Shown here one piece after another: positions 37,784 to 48,897 of a stretch of DNA of 64,000 nucleotides. How positions within the stretch are numbered: position 1 is the first letter of the stretch; every line of letters starts with the position of its first letter. This DNA is from Octopus sinensis (Eukaryota): assembly GCF_006345805.1 (NCBI RefSeq), contig NC_043014.1, positions 15,996,001-16,060,000 on the forward strand, written 5' to 3'. Under the pieces are notes generated by a model. The model was not told where the DNA came from, made no database searches, and saw only the letters and a list, made by a program, of their open reading frames with translations. The translations under genes were made by a program, and so were the position numbers.

Positions 37784-38338
37784 TGCTGTGTTGTATTTTT
37801 CCCAATGCTTATTGAATATGTCCTCGTTTGAGGATAGATAAGAGAGGTCGGGCGGCTCTCAATTGACCAACCGTGAGGAAGATAATGATAATTTTAAATT
37901 CAAATCCATAAGGAAAATTACTAACTGGAACCCGGACATACATATATACCGCTCTGGATCCTAATGTAAGCGTTATTAATAATATTATGAATGATAATAA
38001 TGGTAACATTAATGGTATTGACAACGATAATGATGCTAACTTTAATGACAATTTAGAAATTATTATGAAGTAATATAATGTACTATTGACTATGTATATT
38101 TGCATCTAGGTACTAATTTGTGTATGTTTATTATCACAATATTAAGTCGAAAAACTGAGACATTGAATGTGAAACACATATATATGTTTACTAATTTATA
38201 TTATTTATTTATATCATTATGTATATGTATATTTTTATATGTATAAGAGTGTGAGTATATGCACTCATATGTATATGTATATGTTGTATTATGGGTATGC
38301 ACCCACACCCATGTGGGTATATATGTAGACTGATTTAT

Positions 38339-38478
38339 ATTACATAATCTCCGAAGAGGGCTTATGATATTTTTGTAAATGTCTCATTTATATCTATATA
38401 TTGACCAACCATAAAGGGCTAATATTGGTAAAATGAGACATACTTATCTACATGGCCGAAACAGCTGTAAGATGTAAT
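38339..38478 (+). ncRNA. Type-I hammerhead ribozyme motif with palindromic stem III and ~90-nt stem II extension (U4->C)
   Basis: ATTAC(ATA)ATCT-CCGAAGA-GGGC..ATGTCTCATTT/AAATGAGACAT..GGCC-GAAAC-AGCT-GTA^AGATGTAAT. Confidence 0.6.
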
Positions 38479-38689
38479 CTATACTTATATTATATTCTCT
38501 TTTATATGTATTCTACTTATTATACAACATTACTCTTTTATGTACACTTTTTTATGTACATTCCTTTATGTACACTGATTTGTTCTGCTTTTTATATTTA
38601 ACCCTACAGTCTCTTATGTGGTGGTTTAATAAAGTATGTGATTGAGTATTATCTGGTAATTGATATTTGAACGAACGACAGAGACCTTC

Positions 38690-41600
38690 TCTTTGTGGCT
38701 GGTGACTTCAATGGTCACGTTGGACGACATGCTGGGGGCTTCCATGGCGTACATGGAGGCTATGGCTATGGCTCCCACAACGAGGAGGGAACCAGGCTGC
38801 TGGAGTTCTGCGATGCAAATAATCTTATGATTTGCAACACTAACTTCAGGAAACCTACCAGCCACCTAGTCACTTACCGATCGGGCCAACATACCAGCCA
38901 AATTGACTACATCCTTGCAAGGCAAAGGGAGAGATGGCTGCTTATAAATGCCAAAACCTTCCCAGGCGAAGAATGTACCCCACTACATAGACTGGTAGTT
39001 AGTGACTTTAGGATCAGGACTAGGAGGACAACCAGAAGACGACCAATATGGAGAAGAAGGATCTGGAAGCTTAAAGATCCTGCAAATGGACAGAGATTTA
39101 GGGACATATTACTTGAAGCCTTTGACGAAGTAGAAGGGGATAGAGCATCACAGGGGGTAGAAGGCAACTGGACGTTTCTAAGGGACAACCTGCTGAGAGC
39201 CACTGACCAGATCTGTGGCTGGTGCAAAGTCCCCTCTCGACCTAGAATAACGTGGTAGTGGAAAAATATTGTAGACAGGGCTATTAGAGAAAAGAGACAG
39301 GCTTGGAAGGTCTGGAAAAATGGGGGTAGCAGGGAATTGTATCAGACTGCCAAAAGAGAAGCTAGGAGACAGGTTTATTTAGCCAGAGGGGAAGCAGATA
39401 AGAAAAAATTTGCCAATGTTCTGCGCCGTGTGGACCAAAGACTGGAGGTGTTTCGCGTTGCAAGACAGTGTGTGAGAGAGAATCGTGATGTGGTAGGAGA
39501 GAAGTGTGTTCGCATGGAAGATGGTTCACTTGCGCTAAATGAGGATGCAAAGAGAGAGGTTTGGAGACGCCACTATGAAAGGTTGCTGAATAAAGAAAAT
39601 GAATGGGATAAGAGAGTCTGCCGAATGTTGACCCAACAGAGGGACCAGCTATCCGAGTTGATAGTTCCGTGGTAGCTAAGGCAATTAGAAGCATGAAGAC
39701 AGGGAAAGCCCCAGGCCCATCAGGAATCACTGCAGAGATGCTCAAAATGTCTGGTAGTGTCGGCTATAGCCTAGTCACCCGTATAGTTAATCAGGTGATA
39801 CACAAAGGAGTCATACCCAATGACTGGTGTAGCAGCATAATAGTCAACTGCTACAGGGGTAAAGGTGACGCCCTAGATACAAATAACTACAGAGGTATCA
39901 AGCTGTTGGATCAGGTGATGAAGGTTATGGAAAGGGTCATAGTCCAACTAATTAGAGAGAGAGTTAGTTTAGATGAGATGCAGTTTGGGTTTGTGCAAGG
40001 GAAAAGTACCCCTGATGCTATATTCCTGGTAAGGCAGCTGCAGGAGAAATACCTAGCCAAAGATAAGCCCCTGTACCTGGCTTTTGTTGACATGGAGAAA
40101 GCTTTCGACAGGGTCCCCCGATCCCTTATCTGGTGGTCAATGAGGAAACTAGGGATAGATGAATGGTTAGTGAGAGCTGTGTGGGCTATGTATAGGGACG
40201 CTGCTAGTAAGGTAAGGGTTGGCAACGAGTACAGTGAAGAATTCCGGGTAGAGGTTGGGGTTCACCAAGGCTCAGTCCTCAGCCCCCTCCTATTTATCAT
40301 AGTCCTCCAGGCAATAACGGAGGAATTCAAGACAGGATGCCCTTGGGAGCTCCTCTATGCTGATGACCTTGCTCTAATTGCTGAGTCGCTATCAGAACTG
40401 GAGGAGAAGTTTCAGGTGTGGAAACAAGGATTAGAATCGAAGAGCCTTAGAGTCAATCTAGCTAAAACCAAAGTCGGAAGGTAGAAAAATCACAAACGCC
40501 TTCAGGTAGATGGCCCTGCTCGATCTGTAGAAAAGGTGTAGGTAGAAACTCTATAAGATGCACCAAGTGTAAGCTATGGACACATAAGAGGTGCAGCAAT
40601 GTCAAAGGAAGGCTAACTAGGAAGATGGCTTTTGTATGTGGCAGATGCTCAGGAACAATAAACACTGAAAATGCTCTGAGACCAACTTCCGTCACTTTCC
40701 AGGGAGAAAAACTAGAAATAGTTGATAGTTTCCATTACCTAGGTGACCAAGTCAGCAGCGGGGTGGTGTGCTGAAAGTGTAACTGCTAGAGTAAGAATAG
40801 CTTGGGCAAAGTTCAGAGAGCTCTTACCTCTGCTGGTGACAAAAGGCCTCTCGCACAGAGTAAAAGGCAGACTGTATGATGCGTGTGTACGATCAGCCAT
40901 GCTACATGGCAGTGAAACATGGGCCGTGACTGCTGAGGATATGCGTAAGCTCGCAAGAAATGAAGCCAGTATGCTCCGATGGATGTGTAATGTCAGTACT
41001 CATACTCGGCAGAGTGTAAGTACCTTGAGAGAAAAGCTGGACCTAAGAAGCATCAGTTGTGGTGTGCAAGAGAGACGTTTGCGCTGGTATGGTCATGTGG
41101 CGAGAATGGATGAAGATAGTTGTGTGAAAAAGTGTCACACACTAGCGGTTGAGGGAACCTGTGGAAGAGGCAGACCCAGGAAAACCTGGGACGAGGTGGT
41201 GAAGCATGACCTTCGAACTTTAGGTCTCACTGAGGAAATGACTAGAGACCGAGACCTCTGGAAGTGTGCTGTGCACGACAAGACCCGGCAGGACAAGTGA
41301 ATCCATAACCCGTGGCCTTCTACATGGGATGGAGCCAGCCTACGTATGCATACCTTCCCTTCTTGGGACACAAAACCCTACTTGTGAAGACCTGTTGAGG
41401 CAAGTGAGGATCAGAATCGAAATCGATCAATGGAAATTGCAGATGTGTTACCAGTGCCGGTGGCATGTAAGAGAACCATCCGTTTGCGACCGTTGCCAGC
41501 GCCGCCCCGACTGGCCTCGTGCCGGTGGCACATAAAAAGCACCATCCGTTTGTGTTCGTTGCCAGCCTCGCCTGGCCCCCGTGTCGGTGGCACATAAAAA

Positions 41601-41830
41601 GCACCATCCGTTTGTGGCCGTTTTCCAGCTCTGTCTGTCACCTGTGCGGGTGGCACGTAAAAAGCACCCACTACACTCACGGAGTGGTTGGCATTAGGAA
41701 GGGCACCCAGCCGTAGAAACACTGCCAGATCTGACTGGGCCTGATGAAGCCTTCTGGCTTCACAGACCCCAGTTGAACCGTCCAACCCATGCTAGCATGG
41801 AAAACGGACGCTAAACGATGATGATGATGA
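38690..41830 (+). mobile_element. 5'-truncated, decayed RTE-clade LINE (APE C-terminus, RT, 3' UTR, (GAT)n tail)
   Basis: GDFNGHVG, NTNF, SQIDYIL, HRLVV; NYRGIKLL, QFGF, FVDMEKAFD, GVHQGSVLSP, LYADD; stop at ~39256 and frameshifts near 39650, 40470 and 40755. Confidence 0.96.
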
Positions 41831-41851
41831 TGTATTTCTCCATTTTCTTAT

Positions 41852-41884
<33 letters not shown>

Positions 41885-41888
<4 letters not shown>

Positions 41889-43165
41889 TCATCATCATCA
41901 TCATCATCATCGTTTAACGTCCGTTCTCCATGCTAGCATGGGTTGGACGGTTCGACCGGGGTTCTGGGAAGCCAGAAGGCTGCACCAGGCTCCAGTCTAA
42001 TCTGGCAATGTTTCTACAGCTGGATGCCCTTCCTAACGCCAACCACTCCATGAGTGTAGTGGGTGCTTTTTACGTGCCACCTGCACAGGTGCCAGGCGAG
42101 GCTGGCAACGCCCACGGTCAGATTGGTGTATTTTATGTGCCACCGGCATGGAAGCCAGTCGAGGCGGTGCTGGCATCGGCCACGAGTCGGATAGTGCTTT
42201 TTACGTACCACCAGACCAGGGATCCTGGCTGGTTCAATTCGATTTCGATTTCTCTTGCCCCAACATGTCTTCACAAGCAAAGGGGGTTGGCATGGGTGCC
42301 TGTCGTACGGTCGCATTGGAGTATTTTACGTGCCACGGCCACGAGTCGGATAGTGCTTTTTACGTACCACCAGGCCAGGGATCCTGGCTGGTTCAATTCG
42401 GTTTCGATTTCGCTTGCCCCAACATGTCTTCGCAAGCATGGGGGGTTGGCATGGGTGTCTGTCGTCGGATGAGGTTCTATATCGACTTCGCTTGCCTCAA
42501 CAGGTCTTTGTGTCCAAGGGAGGAAAGGCATTCATAAGTGGGCTGGGCTCACTTGTCCTGCCTGGTCTTCTCACGTACAGAGTATTTCCAAAGGTCTCGG
42601 TCGCTGGTCATTTCCTCAGTGAGGCCTAAAGTTCGAAGGTCGTGCTTCACCACCTCGTCCCAGGTTTTCCTGGGTCTGCCTCTTCCACAGGTTCCCTCAA
42701 CCGCTAGTGTGTGACACTTTTTCACACAACTATCTTCATCCATTCTCGCCACATGACCATACCAGCGCAAACGTCTCTCTTGCACACCACAACTGATGCT
42801 TCTTAGGTCCAGCTTTTCTCTCAAGGTACTTACACTCTGCCGAGTATGAGTACTGACATTACACATCCATCGGAGCATACTGGCTTCATTTCTTGCGAGC
42901 TTACGCATATCCTCAGCAGTCACGGCCCATGTTTCACTGCCATGTAGCATGGCTGATCGTACACACGCATCATACAGTCTGCCTTTTACGCTGAGAGGCC
43001 TTTTGTCACCAGCAGAGGTAAGAGCTCCCTAAACTTTGCCCAGGCTATTCTTATTCTAGCAGTTACACTTTCAGCGCACCCACCCCCACTACTGACTTGG
43101 TCACCTAGATAATGGAAGCTATCAACTACTTCTAGTTTTTCCCCATGGAAAGTGACGGAAGTTGT
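41885..43165 (-). mobile_element. Second 5'-truncated RTE copy, tail-to-tail with the first
   Basis: C-terminal ORF MLHGSETWAVTAEDMRKLARNEAS..REKTRQDK nearly identical to 40.9-41.3 kb; (CAT)n tail at ~41885-41910. Confidence 0.95.
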
Positions 43166-45689
43166 TTTCTGCAGTATATATATATACACACACACACACA
43201 TATACACTCATACACATATGCATAATATATGTGAATAGCCACCCTCATGGCTTTCCTTGCTTAAATACATCATATATGTCTATATATATCTACATATACA
43301 GACATTGAACTTGAGGTATTTACATGATGCTCACTTGCCACTACCCACATTAACAGTGGTGGATTTAGCTATCTGTATCTGAATTCTGCCACCCGAAGAA
43401 GCAATTTACCACTTCATTTTTGAAGCCTGCATCATCCCCAGCATAATTAGGCAGGTTATAAATCTAAGAGCACAAATTTCTTTGAATATTGCCATGAACA
43501 TATTTATGCATATACACGTGCACACACACACACACACATACACATTCAGATCATCACTGTTGTCATTATCATCATCATTAGCATTTTTTAATGTCCGATC
43601 GCCTTGCTGGCATGGGTTGGATGGATAATTTTTTGCACACACACACACACAAACACACAGCATTACTGATAGTGTTATTGAACATGTAAGTGTAAAAGTG
43701 AAAAGCTCTTCGAATGCTTGATGTTGAAGTACACCAATCTAACATTTTTTCATCTATGTTGGAATTCTATTTTTCTTGTTTCCAATCAATAAAAATTATT
43801 TTCCTATAGTGCTTTTCAATAATACTGAAATTGTTCCCAGTAATCCTTTAAAGGCAGCTCTGAAAAATGGGTCTTGAAATTTGATTTAAAATTACTATGG
43901 GGCTTAATTTTGCCATATCTTTAAATATATCACTTCTTGAAAGAAGTCTACATTTTGATTGTCTAATAGCTTCTTCTAGTTTAGTCAGCTTGTCTTTGAC
44001 ATTTTTTATTTCTATAAGAGATGCATTGTTACTCTCTTGTTGGAACATATACTTCATTCTGTTAGGAATTTAATTCCCCAAACAACATCATTAAATTGTC
44101 ATTTCTGATGATTGGCACCATACAGTCTATTGTTAAGACTCTTGTAATGCATGAGTAATTTTTGGTGTAGTTCATATGGACTAGCTTTAGTTTGTGGGAA
44201 AAACTACACAATCTTTCAAATTTCTGTACAAGTGTTGCAAATTCAGGAAAATAACTTTTAATTGTCCTTACTTTGAATCTTCTATCAAACTTTAATTTTG
44301 TTAAGTTAAATATATTAAAATAAACCTGAAGTTCTTCTCAGTTCATCAAAATATCTATAATATTATTCTACACATTCCTGTGTTACTGTCTGTTAAGGAG
44401 AGTAATAACTCAAATGGAGAAATATATATGGAGAGAAATGTGGGAGATAGGGAGACAATGAAATGGAAATAGTGGAATCACTGAAATAACCAAAAGGGAA
44501 AACACAAAATAGAGGAAGAGAAAGAGAGAGAGATGTCTATATTATTAAAGTTAGGGTGAGGGAGAGGGTCAATATTATTCTACATATGTGTGTTAGAATT
44601 GCAGACACAATTGCAATGTTTAACACAATGAAACAATGCCACGAAGATCTATAAATTTACACTTTAAAAGATATATGAATAGATATAAAATAGATATCAA
44701 TAGATTAAAGTGAAAAACCCTTAGTTAGCAAATAGCTGTGGAAGTTACACTTTTGTCTTTTATGTGTTCCAGACCAAAACCTGTGGCCATGCTGGGGCAC
44801 CACTATTTTTTTTTTTCTGTACAGTTTAAATGCTTTACAGTATCGGGAAAGTAAACAGATACACAATCAGTAGAAGGGAAAGTTGCGATAGTTATTTAGA
44901 AGGACAGAGAGAGACAGAGGTAGGTAGGTAGGTGAGCCTACCGCTATATCAAACATTGTGCAAATAGACAGATATATTAATAGATAGATCACTAAATTGA
45001 AGTGAAATGAAAAGAACTGAAAATAATCTCCATCAGTAAATAACTTAGACTGACCCTTGTGGGTGGTTGGACAATGAAAAATATAGTTTGTTTACATATT
45101 TCATTTTTAAAATTCCCTCAATTAATGCATGGGCAATTATATGTGATCAGGAAATTATCTGATGTGATAGTAAGAGTAGCTGAAACCAATAGACAAAGCA
45201 AACAAGAAGGTAAAATTCTTACAAAAAACGTTTATAAAGAAGTGCTGAGAGAGTAAATCTAGAATTTTGCTAATCTCATGCAATTCATATTACATTCAGT
45301 TCATACGGTTTGTAGAGTGCTTTCTCTGATCACACACAAAGCCTGTTTCATATACATTTAAATTAGTTCATGTTTTGTATTTCTGTTTATATATGTATGG
45401 CATAATAGTTTGTAAAGTTCAGTTTATAATGTAGAATGTTTGTATCTACTTCAGTGAGCACATATAATCGTATGAAATATTTCTCCTCATTTCACTGTAA
45501 TTAAAACAGTGAGGAATTTCAAAGAGCAGAAATCCCATGTTTGATGGTGGTTTTGACACCTGTTGAATACATAATACCAGCAAATGACAGACACATTAGA
45601 GATGCACATTGAAAGGTGACACATCTTTTGGTCTAGTCCACATAGAGTTGTTGCATCCTACCATATTTGAAGCACCATCAGAGACAAAC

Positions 45690-46029
45690 TGATGTCAGTG
45701 CCGCCTTGACTGGCTTCCATGCCGGTGGCACGTAAAAAGCACCAACCGATCGTGGCCATTGTCAGCCTCCACTGGCCCCTGTGCCGGAGGCATGTAAAAA
45801 GCACCCACTACACTCACAGAGTGGTTGGCGTTAGGAAGGGCATCCAGCTGTAGAAACACTGCCAGATCAGACTGGAGCCTGGTGCACAATTTTCTCTCAC
45901 TCTTTCTTCTGTTGGCCTGCTCACTTAGCCAGCGGGGTGGTGTCATTTGAAGGCTAAAACAATGTGAAGTGCATTGTGACCAGCGATGTGTAGCAACATC
46001 TGATAGCCTGGTCGGTCACGGTGATCACG

Positions 46030-46035
<6 letters not shown>
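45690..46035 (+). mobile_element. Chimeric RTE 3'-UTR fragment plus a different repeat 3' end with CACGGTGAT tail
   Basis: GCACCCACTACACTC..GGAAGGGCATCCAGCTGTAGAAAC then unrelated sequence ending GTCACGGTGATCACGGTGAT(TA)n. Confidence 0.7.
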
Positions 46036-46077
<42 letters not shown>

Positions 46078-46280
46078 GCAGTCCAGAAATATAGGACGAA
46101 TGCTGCCGTTGATTAGCTCCAAGGGTCATCGCCTCTAGCTAGCTATTTGATACACGAACCTGTGTCCATTATAACCTTCAAACAGGGGAGGTCAGCCGCT
46201 TCCCCTTGCTGGTCAGGTATCTGCAGACTAGTTTCAGGGTATTTGCCTTTTATCAATGCAGAGCAGCCGAACCCAGCAGG
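46078..46280 (-). mobile_element. ~200-bp dispersed repeat carrying an intact-looking variant hammerhead (copy 2)
   Basis: Reverse complement of 33360-33556; flanked by (TA)n and (TATG)n tracts. Confidence 0.75.
46208..46267 (-). ncRNA. Minimal type-I hammerhead ribozyme, U3-A8 core variant
   Basis: TCTGCA-TTGATAA-A-AGG-CAAATAC-CCT-GAAAC-TA-GTC^TGCAGA; 6-bp stem I plus distal GCTG/CAGC helix; ACTAGT palindrome in stem III. Confidence 0.7.
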
Positions 46281-46364
46281 CATCGCTACTGACCGTCTGT
46301 TCGAAGGATTATTTACCTAAATTCAGTGGAATACATCCACTGGTTTTCAAAAATAGAAATATTA

Positions 46365-46389
<25 letters not shown>

Positions 46390-46397
<8 letters not shown>

Positions 46398-46610
46398 TGT
46401 ATGTATATGTTTGTGTGTCTGTGTCCCCCAACATCACTTGACAACCGATGCTGGTGTGTTTACTTCCCCGTAACTTAGCAGTTCGGTAAAAGAGACCGAT
46501 AGAATAAGTACTAGGCTTACAAAGAATAAGTCCTGGGGTCGATTTCTTCGACTAAAGGCGGTGCTCCAGCATGGCCGCAGTCAAATGACTGAAACAAGTA
46601 AAAGAGTATA
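46390..46610 (+). mobile_element. SINE 3' half (family of 23162)
   Basis: GTCCCC..CTTGACAACCGATGCTGG..GATAGAATAAGTACTAGG..GAAACAAGTAAAAGAG. Confidence 0.85.
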
Positions 46611-46875
46611 CGTGTGTGTGTGTGTGTGTGTGTGTTGACATGTGTGAAAGCTACATCAGTGGAAAAGATAAAAAAAAAGCAGGTGATTGATGACTGTAAC
46701 CCTTTCTAGATCACTAGTAAAAACAGAAATCTTTCCCTTGCCCATCCTTACATTCTAAAAAAAAAAAAGCCATGTGAGATAACTGTAGTCTTAGATGTAA
46801 CTTAACCGTTTAGCATTTAAACTGGCTGTATCCAGTCTAAATATTCTACCTGTTTGATGCTTAAACTGGCTAGAT

Positions 46876-47245
46876 CTGGCCTCTCACTGTTTAATGTTTA
46901 AACTGGCTAGATCTGGCCCAACAATGTCATTCTGAAAATAAACAATCAGATCTTTGAAATCTCAAAGTTGCAACACAATGTATAATTAATTCATGCTTAA
47001 ACTGGCCTCTCACTGTTTAATGTTTAAACTGGCTAGATCTGGCCCAACAATGTCATTCTAAAAATAAACAATCAGATCATTGAAATCTCAAAGTTGCAAC
47101 ACAATGTATAATTATTTCATGCTTAAACTGGCCTCTCACTGTTTAATGTTTAAACTGGCTAGATCTGGCCCAACAACGTCATTCTAAAAATAAACAATCA
47201 GATCTTTGAAATCTCAAAATTGCAAAACAATGTATAATTATTTCA
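46876..47245. repeat. Three-copy 126-bp tandem repeat
   Basis: CTCTCACTGTTTAATGTTTAAACTGGCTAGATCTGGCCC at 46881, 47007 and 47133. Confidence 0.92.
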
Positions 47246-47778
47246 AAACAAATGTAAATAAATAAGCAATACGTTTTGGCACAATAATCTGAAGGTTAAA
47301 AGATAGTTAAAATTTCACTGATCATAGGTAAGTACCACAGGTCTTAGGTTATTACAACCACCCCAACCATTAACTATAAATAGCATTACCCCTATTACCA
47401 GCGACACCAACAGTCATCATCACCATCGACGACAACCATAGCGATAACACAAATGCCATCCCCACTAACACAACACCATCATTGACAACTACGACGACAC
47501 CAAAATGTTGGCGTCAACTACTGGAAGGAAACCAAATAGATGTTTTTAAATTTCATTATCTACCAAATAATTATTTCTTTCCCTCCATCGCTTACTTAAC
47601 TTCTACGGCGAGAAATATGACATACAAATGAAGGGAGATAATCAGGTGTACTTCACTGGTGGTTTGGAATTTTAAAATGAAAGTATTCTAGTGAGGTTAA
47701 TTTAACTAGTTTTACCATTTAAAAGAAAGAGACATTACGAAGTTAAATCCTGTTTTAGTATCGATTGAAACGAGGGCT

Positions 47779-48897
47779 GAAATCTGGTTTAAGCACCCCA
47801 TATAACTCCCTCATAACTTTTTTTTTTTTTTTTTGAATTTTCAGAAAATTTATGCGAATTTGTGTTCTATACACAAGAATTCAAACGATAAGGCAAAAAA
47901 AAAAAAAAATTTCAATTTTTCAACCCCCATCTCGTAAACCTTAAAATTTCTATTCTTTTTCGAGATTTTTTTCATTAAAGTTTTAAAATACAGACAATCC
48001 GAATCTGCTATTTGTTTCTGTTTCTAATTTCAAAATAATTTTCAGACGAAAAGGTGTTTGATATAAGGGAGATTTAGCTGTTGTTTTAACACATCTCCCG
48101 ATCACCTTCTACCTGTTTCGTTTCTTTGTCACTGACATGTATTGATGTTTTTCAATATTTTTCTCTCCATAAACACATCTAATGGAATTGTGCTATGCCC
48201 AAAGGTGGTCCATTGTTGGGATTTAAGTAAAAAAAAACTTATAAATTTTTGTAAGTAAAAAAAAAAGAACATTTACAAATAGAAAAGAATGCTGTTAAAT
48301 TATCTTTCACATACCTTTTCTTTAAATCACTGTGGATGAATCCCTGTAGTAACTCCAGGCTCTCCTGCACCTATGTGATTGATACAGGTTAACTCTAATT
48401 CAAGCATTCATAAGGTTTTAGTGGCGTTGGGGGATGAACAAATTTTAATTGAAAATTTTGTTTTTGTATAATCGTGCGAGGTCCAGGGTATAGAACACAG
48501 ATTTACAAAAAATTTCTTAAAATACTGAAATGCGAAAAGGTTTTGACCAGTTATGTAATGTGCTTTGATCAAGAATCCATAATAGGCTGTGTGCATGCAT
48601 GAATATTTGTTACTTTTTGAATTTGAATTTCAAAAATTATTTTGAAATCATAAACAGAATATACATGACAGATTTGGACTGACTGTATTTTAAACTCTGA
48701 TTTAAAAAAAAAAAGTCTGAGAAAGGGTGGAAGTTTTAGGGTTTTAGGGGGTGAGGTTAAAAAAATTAATAAATTATTTGTTGCATAATCATATGAATTC
48801 CCATGTGCAGACCATGAATTCACAATAATTTTCTGAAAATTTCAAAAAAAATGTAAAAGATTATGAGGGTTTATATGGTGTGCTTAAACCAAATTTC
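47779..48897. mobile_element. Non-autonomous TIR DNA element (~1.1 kb)
   Basis: GAAATCTGGTTTAAGCACCCCATATAA.CCCTCATAA / TTATGAGGGTTTATATGGTGTGCTTAAACCAAATTTC; related to 57609-59377. Confidence 0.75.
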
